Source: Ostrea edulis
Taxonomy: Eukaryota
Direction: 5' to 3'
Length of the DNA stretch: 64,000 bases
Assembly: GCF_947568905.1 (NCBI RefSeq)
Contig: NC_079164.1
Coordinates: forward strand, 36,580,001 to 36,644,000
In this document: positions 48,927 to 62,565 of the stretch, piece after piece
Layout of the letters: every line of letters starts with the position of its first letter
How positions within the stretch are numbered: position 1 is the stretch's first letter
Translations under genes and position numbers: made by a program
The notes under the pieces: generated by a model
What the model was told of the DNA's origin: nothing
The model's database searches: none
What the model saw: the letters and a program-made list of their open reading frames with translations, nothing else

Positions 48927-51821
48927 CATATGAGAACGGGCGACGACGGACAAATGTCACCTGGAGGATTCAGGTGACCTAAACATAGACTAATATCATG
49001 TAAGTTAGTTAATTCTGATAATCTCATTGCACTTGATTCATTCTGTTTTAATGGAATGAATTCAGTGTTGTCCAGTTATCCAAACTAAATGATGCGTGGG
49101 AAATCTATTTCGCAAAAAGGATGAGTATTTCAATGCGATGAGTAATGGGTTTTTTTTTTCTTTAAAAATAGAAATTAGTGGAAAATATAACGAAAGTGTG
49201 TATCTCCAAGGCGTGTTATAATTTTACACAAAACCAAACTATTCATTCATAAAATATTCTTGAACTAGACAGTATTCATACATGTAATCCATCATATTAG
49301 GGAGATACAACTTGTAGTATCCGGTGATAGTGTCTCAAAAAGAAAGGTCGATCTTAAAAATAACTCCTAGCATCATGATTGGACTGAACAAATCTACAAT
49401 GAACAGTTTTAGTATTTTCCATTAAGTCTTTTCTATGTTTTTGTTTTTCCGATTAAACCATGCTTTTTATTCCAACCCTTTCAAGATTTGAAATGCTTTT
49501 CATCAGATTAGTCGATTTATTTTTGGTTTCAAGCAGAAAATATGACATTAATGTTTAATTCCCGAGAGAGATCTAGATTAACAATAATCTATACGAGCCC
49601 TGAAACTCGCCTCCATTTATCCCCGTGATTGAGTGATAAAATAAGAGAGGAAGAATGAAGATGAATGGATGTGTCATCCACGAGTTAACAGTAATCGGGA
49701 GAACTTGACGGACCCCTCATTTTGAGGGTCAGAAATCACGTGCCGCATCCCTTTTGTAAATGACTCCTGAACCAAGGCAATTGTTTGATTTAGTTCCGTT
49801 CACATAGTGATCAATTGTTAACATGTTTTGGTGAAAAAAGGATGTCTGGACCTTAGATTCTACAAGATGAACATTTTATTACAAGAAATGGGATTCCAAG
49901 AAATTCACATGTTTCACGTTGTGCGTAGAACGTAGTGACATTTATTCACATTACATCTCATTAATTAATACGAGTCCCTGGGCCTGTCACACATGAATGA
50001 CAAATCATATGGATTGGATTATCCGACGGAAATACCATTGTTACTTATAAAATAGTTAAAACCCTTCATTATTCCTGTTAAATGTTGTGTGTGTTGTTAA
50101 ATGTTGCAAATACTATGTGAAATCTAAAATCTTATAAAGGTTGACTTACAAAAAAAGTATACGAGTATCTCCCGCCGTTCTATGACCGTTGGACAAATGT
50201 ACTGAGTCGTTTTGTTTAAATTTGAATTTTCTTAGATGAACTTAAACTAAAGATTGGTGGGTGTAAACGCTTAATTAAAAAGAAAATCGTGACATTTCAA
50301 TTGCAAGCCAACTCGTGTTTCCCCCTCAGAACAACTTCATACTTTATCATGTAGGTCTATTGTGAGTACTTTTAATCGGATGTGATAATTCCCTTCGGTT
50401 TGATAGAAGATTGTTTTGTCCGACAGAGACAAACCGAGGGAAGAATATTTTGCGAGACTTTATATAAAAAGCGTTCGAGTAGACTATATTGATAAAGAAT
50501 TTCCTTCAATATTTTCTCAAACTTTCTTATCATACAGATTTAGGTTTTTATGGAATAAAAACCTCGCAACATACAACTTTCGTTGGAAAAGTGTATAAAT
50601 CATTTATTTATTTCTAAAATTGAACATCAAATTTTGTAGATTTTAAGATATAAATTTGCATCAAACTACTATCTGGTATTACTGCATGACACATTCTAAG
50701 GTGTTGTCGTAGAAATACATATAAACCAAACATTCATGTATTAAACAAAAAAACAACACCTGCGCTGTTTGTGCCCAGAGGATACTTTGTATCTAACTAC
50801 CGTCATATCCACGTGCACAATTACTAATCCTATGATAAACTACTCTATTTATTTATCAAATGCTGATACTAGGTCCGTTTACAGTTGTATCATCATAAAG
50901 GACCAAAAGTAGCAAACCGGAAACTAATGTTTGAAGGATATTCCAACAGTCAGTGGAACTTCTGAGATTAGTTTGTTAACAGTCAACGTAACAATAGGGA
51001 CTGCAAGTCTCGTTTCTTGTCACTTCCGGTGAAGCGTTTCCGGTGACAAACAAATCCGATACAGTACTGGGCCAGCTACACGTCCGAAAAACTAAAGCTT
51101 ATGCATAAATCAGAGAACGCTGTGTACCGCAACCATTTTATATGTCCCTGATTAACAAGTACACGTACATTAGATGCATTGGTTCGTGCATCCTTGAGAC
51201 TTTATAAATCAAAACAAATGATTTTTTTTTAAAACAGAGATTTTGATGTTTTTTATTCAATTTATTGCGTGAACCCTGAGGTCTACACAAAACATGTATA
51301 AGCGAAGATAAAGAGGATGCTATATGGGATTTTCGAGTTCTTCCATGTCCGTGTTTATTCTGCATTTAGTCACTATTATGTCATATCTTTAGGAATAGTC
51401 ATTTCCGGTTCATCTTCGTTAACGTAAATACAAAAGTGGACGTTGATTTTATGCACGTATCAAACTAAAGAAAATTTTGTTATAGATGAGTGTTTATCAC
51501 ACAACAGAGCTTTTCTCAGGTTCATAACACAGGTTCTGAAAACCGATATGAACTCGTAGTGCTCACAGGTTCATAATCATGCAAATAGGTAGGACAATCA
51601 TCCATCTGTCACATAAACAAAACATGCCATCCTTTGTTTTATCACCAAGGTTGTTCCAAGAAGATTTTGTCTTTTATGAAATGAAAATAATTTCCAGTTT
51701 CTTCAAATTGTGATGTAGCGACGACATCACAATCGAATTGAAGGCAAACAAATTCTGTGACATTCGGATTGTGAAATAGACAGTAAATTAAAATGTGCGT
51801 TTAATGAAAGTTGTGTGATAA

Positions 51822-52587
51822 AGAGAATCTTATACTCGTGCTTATGGCCATCGTCGGAAACCCACGGTCAGTCGCTCTACGTTCGCCTACTGTGGGTCAC
51901 AGGGCCGATATTTTCGCATAACTCATTAAAATGCATGACCTTACGTGACCTATCGAGGACCAATGGGAATCACCGTAAATATTCCCGGTACTCAAAGTGT
52001 CAGCTGTAATGGCGACGCCCATGAAAGTGTGTGTTTTGTTGAGCCACTATCAAAGATATGTTAATAAAAACTCCCAGATTTGGCACCCAAAATGGCTGAT
52101 TACTTTAACTAATACTTCACTTTCACATCCCCCCTTCGGAAATTCTGGATCCGCCTCTGGTATGTTTTTTATCATCACTGCTTCATGGCACGTGAATAAA
52201 ATCAGTCATGCATGATACAATTTAAAAATTAGATGCAAATTTGAGTTAAGATATTGTCTTACAATCCCTTTCACACGTCATTTTGTAATTAGCGTAGGTG
52301 AGACATCAACTGTGTTTGCATGATAGAGGTGTGTTTTAGATCGAAGGTCACAATTACTGGCTCAGATTGTGCCGACACCACAACTGGAACAAAAACTGGC
52401 CTTGTGACCCACGGTAGGTGAACGTAGAGCGACCGACCGTGGGTTTCCGACGATGGCTTATGGCATACGAAATTTATGAAATTCGTTACCGGATTTGAAT
52501 ATTTCCCTCGCCAATACTCGGGAAATATCAAATCCGGTAACTCTTTCATAAATTTCATATGCCATAAGTACTCGTTCAAGACCCTCT
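51822..52587 (-). mobile_element. Fold-back element with nested inverted repeats and a 112-nt palindrome
   Basis: 59-bp IR 51848-51906/52398-52456 (4 mismatches); palindrome 52457-52568; outer IR 51822-51848/52561-52587. Confidence 0.75.
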
Positions 52588-54650
52588 ATTTCTTGTTCCT
52601 TTTACCGTAAAAGTCAGCTTGTGCATGCACAAGTGTACGTTTATCTGAATCGGGATCGGGATTCACTGGTTGTTATGAGTAAAACAATCACACATTCTTG
52701 GGTCCTTCCGGCAAGCGGAAAGACGACCTAAAATGTATTACGGTAACCTCCATTCTTATATCAAATCAAAACACAATAAAAATACTTAGTGTCTTTTTTT
52801 TCAATAAATATTTGCTAGAAATTATGAAATCTTCCCATAGTAAGTCTAAAAACATATTGATACATGTAACTATTAAGTAGTGACCTACACGATGATTGAA
52901 AATGTCCATTTTCTACTTCCGGTGAACGTTATACATTCGAGGAGGCTTCCAAAACTTCCGCTAGAGTTCGTTATACAATGGGGCCTCGACGGGGGAGTTT
53001 GGGGGACATTTCCCCAACTTGCCGGAAAAAACCGAGAAGTTGCGATTGAACAGGAGAACTTTAGCTTGATGACGCAGCCTTTATTTATAGATTGGAACCT
53101 AACAGGGTGACACGTGACCGTTATCATGGGGGGGGGGGGTAGATTGCACAAGTACATGTTTATCGGGATTGGCAATATTTCATAACCATGTGTCAAGAAA
53201 ATGTTTTTAAAAAATCGATTAATGTTATGGAATCTAACTTATTGATACATACATATAATTATGATAACATATTTAGCTTAGCTGCAATAATGTAGCTCTA
53301 TCCGATTTTTTTTTTATTCCGACGTCTTCGGGATAGGGCTACAATTCCATAGGATCTCCGTATTGGAGCAAAATAATTTTATGAATAACCGATAATAAGT
53401 TCCATGTATCAATCCCAAATGTTGTCTACACCAAAAGGAGTACCAACTTTGTGCTTGTCTAATAGGGTGTTTTTCATTAAACATCATGTACAGCATGCCA
53501 AATTCTTCGTCTGCTCCGCCATGCTTGTTATCGCGAGATCTCGTACAGTGTAAGTGGATCTAATGTAAAACCTAAACATTGACAATCTGCGCGAAAATGT
53601 AGTTACTCGAGCCACTCCGACAAAGAAAGGAAAATCAGATGGTTACAGTAATGATTTACTCTTCGCTGATCGTTTTTTAACTTAATATTAAATCTAAACC
53701 TTTTTAATACCGACGAAATAGCTTTCTCCTCCGTACTTGTCCATTGATGTAAAGACTACCTTATATGGCATATGCAAATAACTTGACATTCGGAAGTTGT
53801 AACTTCAGTACATCTAACATGGCGCACAAATATGAATCGAGAAATTGGAATATATCGAAATTGTTGAAAACAGTAGAATAGAGCCTCACAAATCGTAAGT
53901 TTCAGGTTGTAAATTTATATATTGACTAAGCAACATAGAATATCATTTTATTTACGTAAAAAAATTCAGCAAATGTCTAAAATGAGCGAAAATGTTGCGG
54001 GAGTAAATCACTCCCGCATTTGCACCATTACGGAGATCCTATGGAGTTGTAGCCCCCCCCCCCCCCTCCCCTCCCCCCCCCCCCCCCCTCCAAATAAAAC
54101 TGAAGAGGGCTACATTATTGCATCTATATTCAGCTCAGCGACGCTTAACAAAAGAGGAAATGTATTGTTCTTGCTGTTTTTCATCTCTTAAATGGGCGTC
54201 ATTTGTGAAGTTGAACTGAGCTATTGCAATGAAAAACGACAAGCTTGTGAGCAACAATATTTTTTGTTGCCAGATTTGTCATTGAATTAAGGTATAAAAC
54301 ACAAGTGTTATTATCTAAACAAGATTGTGTTCTCTGTTTAATTTCAACTTTAAGGTCTTGATTAAATACAAGGATGACACATAATTCTGAGGATATCAGT
54401 TCTAGCAATAAAACTTGTAATAAGATATTTGTATGTTTCAAGATTTAAAAAATCTTGTCTAAAACACATTTTCATTTCAACCCAGAATATCAAATTTCTG
54501 TTAGAACCATATGCCTATGGTCCACGTGTTGCAGTGACTCCTTTTTGTTTTAAAAGACAACAACTTGTTGTTTTATAATTTAATGAGCATTATAAAACGC
54601 CTGTCATTATCCTGACTTGCACGCTAGACACTAAGACCTCTGAACATTAT

Positions 54651-55998
54651 CTGGCAAGATTGGAAATATACAGCGTTCGTAACTGTCGTCTTTTACAGTC
54701 AAAACATTTGACGTCAAAAACGAAGAGGGCAAGTACGATTCAGCGCGGACGACCGTGACAACATGAGTTTGAAATTGTAGTTTTGAAGTTAATTTCAATC
54801 TTCTTTGCAATTACATGTATCATTACCAATATAATGGGTATCAGGTGCAAACATGTGATATTTTCTTAAATGCAATTAATTTGATGATCATTACATACTT
54901 GTAATAAAATTTAAGACATACAATTGATTACCATAATACCTCTACAAAATTACTGTATGTCACTTCACAAAAATAAAACAAAATCTACCAGAGGTTTTGG
55001 AAGAGAACATTATGAAATACGTTTTGTGTGTTGACACTTCGTAGTTCATTTGCAATGAACAGGATCCCCTGTTCATCCCGTCTATACAGATAGCTTAGTC
55101 AGTTAAAATGTTTGACCTTTAGGTGGCAAGTTCGAATATCACTCCTACGTGTTTACCGTTGAAGAAATTCATAAAACTTAAAATGCATTCTTGAGGTAAA
55201 CCTTGCAAATTTTGAAAACCTTGGTTATAGTTTGCTATATTTTCATTTGTATGAAACTTTCAGGGTCTCATTTCTCCTTAAGATCGATGTACTGCTTTAT
55301 CTTGACGAATTTATTGTTAACAAGAATTTTGTTGTGCTTTTAATTGACAAGGATCGTACTGAAGGCTATAAAATTGGATTAGAATTCAATTAGCAAAATG
55401 AAATTTTAATCTCACGATTCCAGTGACGTTAATTGAAGGTAAAAATAGGATGGTCTTTCAAAGTATTAATATCCATTGTATTTGTTATGATACATACAAT
55501 TGCAAAGTGGATCATAAACTATAATTACGATCCAATTTTTCCCGGTCGTCCGCGTTGAATCATACCTTTTCCTTGTGACGTCAAATGATTTGACTGTAAC
55601 AGATGACAGTAACGAACGTATTATTTTCGCAATCTTGTCAGTTTTAAATATAGATGGACAAAGATAATTTCAAAACAAAAGTTGAGGTTAATCTTATTTC
55701 GAAAGGAAGTACATCACATAATAGGGGAAAGGGGTCGGTCCAAATTACCATACATAGAAAAAGAGGCGAGGAAAGGTATAGATATATATAATAAGAAAGG
55801 TATAGATTCAGATATACCCATTATATTGGTTATATATGATACATATAATTGCAAAGTGGATTAAAAACTACAATTTCAATCCAATGTTTTCACAGTCGTC
55901 CACGCTGGATCGTACATGTTCCTTTTCATTTGTGACGTCAAATGTTTTGAATACAACAAATGACAGTCACGGACGCTGTGTATTTCCAATCTTGCCAA
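54651..55998. repeat. Three copies of a ~160-170-bp CRE-containing repeat (54651-54823 inverted; 55487-55640 and 55836-55998 direct)
   Basis: Shared atgatacat..aattgcaaag...gtcgtcc.cg.tg.atc.tac...TGACGTCAaatg...aatcttg.ca. Confidence 0.8.
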
Positions 55999-58900
55999 AT
56001 GTTTCGCACTCTTGTACGCTGATTAAAGGGGTTAAAGGTTAATACATACTAAATAAAACGAGTGAGTCTCTGCATATAGTAACTGAATAACCAATGTTAA
56101 CTGCACCAATTAGTGAAAATAAATCAATATTAAATAGACAAATAAATAAAACAGCAGAATTACTTTGATGTATAACTATTTTTTTTAAATGTTTGAAACG
56201 CTCTGTTCCCAGGAATACATTCTGTACTTTGATTGCATTCAGTTGCTGGGCTATACCCGTATGTAGGGTTTATAAATTTGATAGAGGTACAAGGGTAATA
56301 TACGTGCTGTCAAGATTCTCTTTCAACATTCTTTGTGCAGCTCTCTATCACTTCAACCTTGTCGACAACAAGAATCGTTTATTGCATCCACTCTCTGTAA
56401 TCTCACACAGTAAATACAGGTTAAATAGTCAGTGGAATGCAATATCCCAAAATAACCACCAACGTGACAATAGGGCAACATTTCGATAAAGGGAGGGCAC
56501 CGGGTTAGACCAGACAATGCATTTTACTTGTACAGGTAGACAATTACCGGTATTTACTCCCACCTCATCCCCCACATCAACCCTGACCGTATTACAGAAC
56601 ACACAGGTAAACATTTGAAGTCCTGACCTATGACCCGCTCTTAATGAAAATTGTAAATTTTGTTGAAGAGTGTAACGCCTGAAGTAAATAGATACGCTGA
56701 GGATTTCTCATGCAGCTTATAGTCAAGCTTCAATGTTGACTGAATTTATCTAACTGGATCTATGTCTGCATGAAAGTTTTCTTGTTTGCTTTATTCTCTT
56801 CGCCAGGTCGAGAGTTCTTAACTGTCAATATATGTGTACATATATAATTAAAATGCTGAAAAATTTGAAATTGATCTTACGAAAATCGATGCCGCGTTTG
56901 CATTCCATACTCGTTTTGACTGATTCTAACGTTAGACACAGAGGATATTACATGCTTCTGTAGACTGTGATTTCTGATTTTATTTACGACATTAGATAAT
57001 TAATAATACCCCGCCAAGAAAATTCAAAAGTTACAAAATGAAAGTCCAGCTACAAATGTAATTTTGATTCACTTTGGAGGAGGGGGATTTGAAGATTTCA
57101 GTGTCTTTACTGACCTTCAACATATTTTTTTCTCTTCATCTTTTTTACTTTAGAAATATAACGGGCTGATACGTGCTGAAAATATGGTGAACTTATACAA
57201 ATGTCATCGGAGAGATGTTTTATGCGATTGTTACTCAGAAACCGGAATTGATAATCATTCTGTTGAGGATTAATTTACCTTACAGTTGGATTAAAACACC
57301 TTACATGTTTGTTGGTCTCAGAATTATGGTTCTATCACACGTAAGGTTCTCAACATGACTCGTAGTAGCTCTTATAACATAATCTGTGGGTCATTAGACT
57401 ACACAAAATGTCGACTAAATTAAAACCGTTTTTGAGAATTTATAGTTCGTGGGATGATGTGCCTGATTCCCAATTTATACACAATAATTAATCAAAGTAG
57501 TAACCGTGCGCCGATTGCCTCTGCATGCATAATATACTCAACAGTCCAATGAAAACCCTTTATTATATTCAGTTCTTGAAAATATCTTAGAGATGTTTAT
57601 GTTTGTTTTATCTGTGTCATCATTACTACATTTTCTTTCAAAATAAATGCAAATTTTGTAACGCTTAAACTTAGACCTTCTGGGTAATTAATCAAATGAG
57701 TTAATTGACGTGTAGTTTTTCGTCTGATTTCTACATACACCTTGCGTACGTCCTATGCCAAACAGAAGACAAGAAACATTACCTTAGAGAGCAGCAAAAT
57801 GGTAAAAGCGGGTGTCCGTTGCCCTATGCCTCCCGAGATTTGCCGGCGGTTCGATCCCCCACGTCGCTCGTGTACAAATTTACCTGTACTGAATCAATTC
57901 ACAGCAGAGAAATCACAGCTCATTGAAACAGAAGGTGTATAAATAAGAGCACGTTCACTAATATATGATGCACGAATAAAACGGAGAAAAGCCAACACTG
58001 GATTGACAGATGTTGAAGATTAGAAGGCGTTTTAAGATCAATAGGTAACAATCCTCATGCTGTACTGTAAAAAAAAAAGTGTTTAAGATTCAGTCAAGCA
58101 AGTTTCCATGGGAAGTTTTTGTTCTGATGAGACTTCAAATTTAACTGGCCTCGGCAATGCACCTCCCCTTTAACAAAAAGAATTTTAAATCTCGATTTTA
58201 GAGGTGGGTAGTAAGTTGCACGATGCTTTAAGGAATAGTGATTCAGTCCCCCGTCCTACAGACAAGGTAAATATTCAATCCACCAATAGACCACATCCTG
58301 TAAGCTTAGAAACGTGTGGGTGTTCATAAACATAAATAAAATTCATTTTCATTTTTAATCTATTTCATTCGTCTGTGTCATCTCTTAAGCTGTAGAACCT
58401 CAAGGGTTTATTTGTCACTGTGTAAAGTGCCGTGATACTCCGCAGATCACTTGTACACACGTCACATACTTTAAAGCGGTGTATATTTTAAATTTCTTGG
58501 ATAAAAAAATTTCCTTGGGGTCAAAATGTATTCTGATGTCGTGGCATCTATGTTTGATAGTGATCGTATATTTATCCCCCTCGCACCGGAATTGGGGAGG
58601 GGGTATATTGGCGCGCATATTTGCGAGTGAATGGTTGCGTTACACCATAAGTGTCACAGGGTTTTGATGGCTAGATAGATAAGATGGATATATACATGCT
58701 TTATAAGAGCCAGACTGAATCACATTTTAGATATTTGTTAGATGCAGAACTGTGGCATTCTGGGGGGAAATAGGATACACCAGAGAGCTACAGACCCATC
58801 CTCTCTTCTTCTTTTTTTAAACCCTTCGAATTACAGCACAACTTTTTTTGAGCGCGATTCAGGTCTTATTTCTGTATTTCTCTTAGAGCCGTCTCAAAAT

Positions 58901-59255
58901 TGTGATTAAGTATAAACAATTCATAACATATAGTCCCACAACATTTATGTCAAAGAATACCTTCAAAGAACTATTAAAACCCCATTCGAAAAAAAGCTTG
59001 CAGCTTCAATGAAGTTCGCGAATTTACGTGGCCATGTTAGGTTGCCGGCCAATTCGAACCCCGCTGATTTTAATATTCATTTGTTAACTATTACTGTATA
59101 TCTACAAACTCCGTCTATATTCTAACTATTTTTACACAAATCTTTTACGATGAGAGCAATCCAGTTCGGATGAAATTATTGTTTTGATAGGTTTGAATAC
59201 TGAATCAAAATTCTGGCTCTTGACATACTTATATATTTACCAATTATTCATGTAG

Positions 59256-59519
59256 ATGGAAGGTGAAGATAACGAACAGTGATCAATTTCATAACTCCTA
59301 TAAACAATACAAAATACATAGAGAGTTGGGCAAAGACGGACCCCTGGATATACCAGAGGTGGGATCAGGTGCCAAGGAGAAGTAAGCATCTCCTGTCGAC
59401 CGGTCACACCCGCCATGAGCCCTATAATCTCGGTCAGGTAAACGTAGTAATTCGTAGTCAAAATCAGTGTGCCAAGAACGGCTTAACAATTGGTATGAAA
59501 CACGTCAGACAGCATTTGA
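59256..59519 (-). mobile_element. Longest family A copy; retains the last codons of an ORF (QMLSDVFHTNC*) then the 3' UTR
   Basis: 59518-59483 translates QMLSDVFHTNC-TAA, resembling the C-terminus of bivalve Penelope-like reverse transcriptases (recall, unverified). Confidence 0.85.
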
Positions 59520-60982
59520 ACCAATGATAGTTTTTGAGGTGTTTTTTTTTTTTTTAATTTCAAATTATTTTTTTGCTCAAGATAAAATGAAGACCGATGT
59601 TTGTAGTTTTGGAAATATGAATAAACACAGCATCAATAAGGTTTGAATTGACTGGCAACCTAACACGGTTGCATAAACAGGCGAAATTTAGCGAAACTGT
59701 GTGTTTTCACTATTTCGAAGTGGACTGAAATATACGTTTGAAGATAAGGTAGGAATTTTTATGTATTTTTTTTTTGTAGACGGATATTTCCAAATAAGAG
59801 GTTATAAGGCCTGATTTGTGCGCAGAAAAACTTGCGTCGTAAATGAAAGGTTTTCAAAAGGAGTGGATCTGCAGCTCTCTGGTCTATCCAAAGGGGTTTT
59901 TTTTCTGAGAGAGCTACATTATTTGTGTGATTTTTAGTTCATTATCCTCCCCAAATTAACCTTTCAGTTTCATCAGAAATTGATCAAGATTATTCTTTGG
60001 GACAGGGCCTTTTGGACCAAAGTTATTTTGAAAAGGTCAATGTCACTCAGAACATATACCTTATATAAAGAAAAAGTTCCTTATTTCAACAATTTTGAAC
60101 AGGTTTTGATCTTATATTACACAAATAAGTAAACAGGAAAATGGCTTTCACACAAAGGTCACTCAAGGTCATTTTGAAAAGGTCAACGTCACTCAACATA
60201 TACCTTATATATATATTTAAAAAAAAATCATTTCAACAGTTATTGATCATTGTGTCATTCATCAGATGAAGTAGTTCATTGGTTAGATGTAGTTACGGGA
60301 GCATCTATCAGTTTTACTGGTATTCTTGTTTTCAGCAGTGTCTCTAATCATCACAGACTATCATATTTGTGTATAACTTTTCGTCATTTACTAAATCAAT
60401 GACATTTTCAAACATACATCTATTTACTCCTGTATCAGGAAAACGAGCTTTGGGCCATTGACAAGTTAACTAAGGAACATAAATATGCCCATTTACGAAA
60501 GGATGATTTCTTTCATTCAAACTTTGCCACGTGCATGACAGAAAGTCGCATGACCTTGTCATTTTGATCGGAAAGTCAACAAGTACCCTCTACTAGTCGT
60601 GAATAACCTAAGTGCCTTTGATTTATAACTATCAGTATAAAAGTTCTTCAGTAATACGCAATTTTCGAGATATCGGCTCTTCTGTGGTGGGAGTATGTTC
60701 GGTATAATGTTGAACGCTTGGGTGGGTACAAGATGTAAATTTTATTTATAGACATTAAACTGATCATATAAAAAATTATGTTTGAATTAGGCCATCAGTA
60801 AAATGATTATGAAATTAGTATTTATTTCTTCGTCCACAATAGTGATACTTTTATCAAAGAAAGTGTTGATTATCGATTTTTGTTTGCGCTATCTTATTAT
60901 CAAATACTCATAAACTTACTGAATTTGTGTTTCCCTGCAGTTCATGTCAGCTTGTTATCATTCTTCAGACAATGTAAAAAAG

Positions 60983-61195
60983 AAAGTGAAGATAACGATA
61001 GTGATCATCTAAAAAATCCCCTAAAGAATACAAAATTAAGAATAGGGCAAATACGGGACCTTGGACATACCAGAGGTGGGGTTATGTGCCTTGGGGGAGT
61101 AAGCATCCCCTGTAGAACTTATCACACCCGCTGTAAGCCCTATATCTTGATTGGGTAAAAGGAACATTCCGTAGTCAAAATCAGTATGGAAAGAA
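60983..61195 (-). mobile_element. Family A copy
   Basis: aagaatagggcaaatacgggaccttggacataccagaggtggg...cacacccgctgtaagccctatatcttg. Confidence 0.85.
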
Positions 61196-62016
61196 AAGTC
61201 AATAGATATGAAACGAGTATATGTACGCAGCGGTAAGCAACGTGGCTACGAAAACAAAGTTCGCGTCTCACCATGTGTAAGAATTCAACAAATTATTTCA
61301 ATTCAAAAATTGCCTATTGATAGGATACTGGTAATTACAGTTTCTATGCTAGAAATCCTTTGACATTTTAGCGTGAAAAATCAATAAGGATATCGATCAT
61401 CTACTAGTTATTACCAAACAACTTATCAAGTTTGTTGACCACTGGACAAATTGTCGTTTTGTAATCAGTCGGACAATTTCCACCGACATGCCCGACGACC
61501 ATGTAAAACTCCCATATCTTCGAAGGGGCATATTGTCATATATCTACCTGCAGGAACACCATTTTGTTTTCCATGTGTAATATCAAAGATCACCGATATC
61601 ATTCCGATGACTAACCAATAGAATCGAGTCTATTTTCTATGACTTGCCCTTTAGATGGATTAGGTAGATAGGAAATAATCCCATATGTTTATGTAATAGA
61701 AATTTTATTTCTATACTTAAAATTAATTACATATCTCTCCAAATAGTTGAGAAACTCTGCAATAAATCCATCTGCTTCAAGCGTTTTATCGTTTTTTAAA
61801 TGATTGTCATGCTTCTATAATTTTACGCTGTGTATGGGTAATATCGGCATTTAGAATTTGAAGGAATAACACATCCGGGACATCTGTTATGGATTAAAAG
61901 TGTTGGATATGTACAAATTGATATTTTGAAAAGTTTCAAATTTACCCATTTTGTAAAAAAAAAAAATGCAGTTTTAGTAAATAGTAATCGAGGGGGGGGG
62001 AGAGAGAGAAATTAAA

Positions 62017-62086
62017 CCTCTGCTGGACTCGAACGCACGAACTCCTGATCAGCAGCTGACATGTTAACCTATTGAGCTATCCAGAT
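62017..62086 (-). pseudogene. Degenerate tRNA-like sequence (SINE head or tRNA pseudogene)
   Basis: A-box TAGCTCAATAGG and B-box GTTCGAGTC, but T-stem and anticodon stem do not pair. Confidence 0.6.
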
Positions 62087-62127
62087 AGGTAATTCGATTC
62101 AATGTATACCTATAGAAATACTTAACT

Positions 62128-62442
62128 GGTCGCGGTACCTCAGTGATAGAGCTTTCGCTTCGGAATCTGGTGGTCGTGAGTTTCAGCCCTACTCGTGCCA
62201 TGGCTCTGTCAAACCTAAGTAGTGAAACGCACGGCATTTAGTGAGAGTCACGTGTCTTTCGGATATGACCTTTAAAGTCCTTAACAACGGAGGTCCTGCG
62301 TCGTGGCACGTTAAAAAAAACCTCACTGCTACGACTTTAAGCGCTTAGCATTTAAGTCTAAATTTGTGGTACTTCACCTACAGCTGGTGACGTCTCAATT
62401 TGAGTGAGAAATTCTCGACGGGCTGTAAAACAAGCAGCCAAT
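62128..62442 (+). mobile_element. Nearly full-length SINE family B
   Basis: tRNA-like head, gtctttcggatatgacc central domain, tail ggtgacgtctcaatttgagtgagaaattctcgacggg. Confidence 0.82.
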
Positions 62443-62565
62443 AATTAGCGCGCTGTTTTCCTTCCTCGACTCATCTGCATTAATTTTTAAAATGTCTGTT
62501 ACAATCATATTTTAGTATTTATTTAGATCGCTAAGCAAATCAGCATATAGTGTAAAGTTAAGTGT

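Noticed and set aside
50388-50442. ttcccttcggtttg...caaaccgagggaa short inverted repeat as another GA-tandem hairpin
   Set aside because: Arms pair in normal Watson-Crick/wobble fashion and do not extend, so it lacks the CGAG/CGAG signature.
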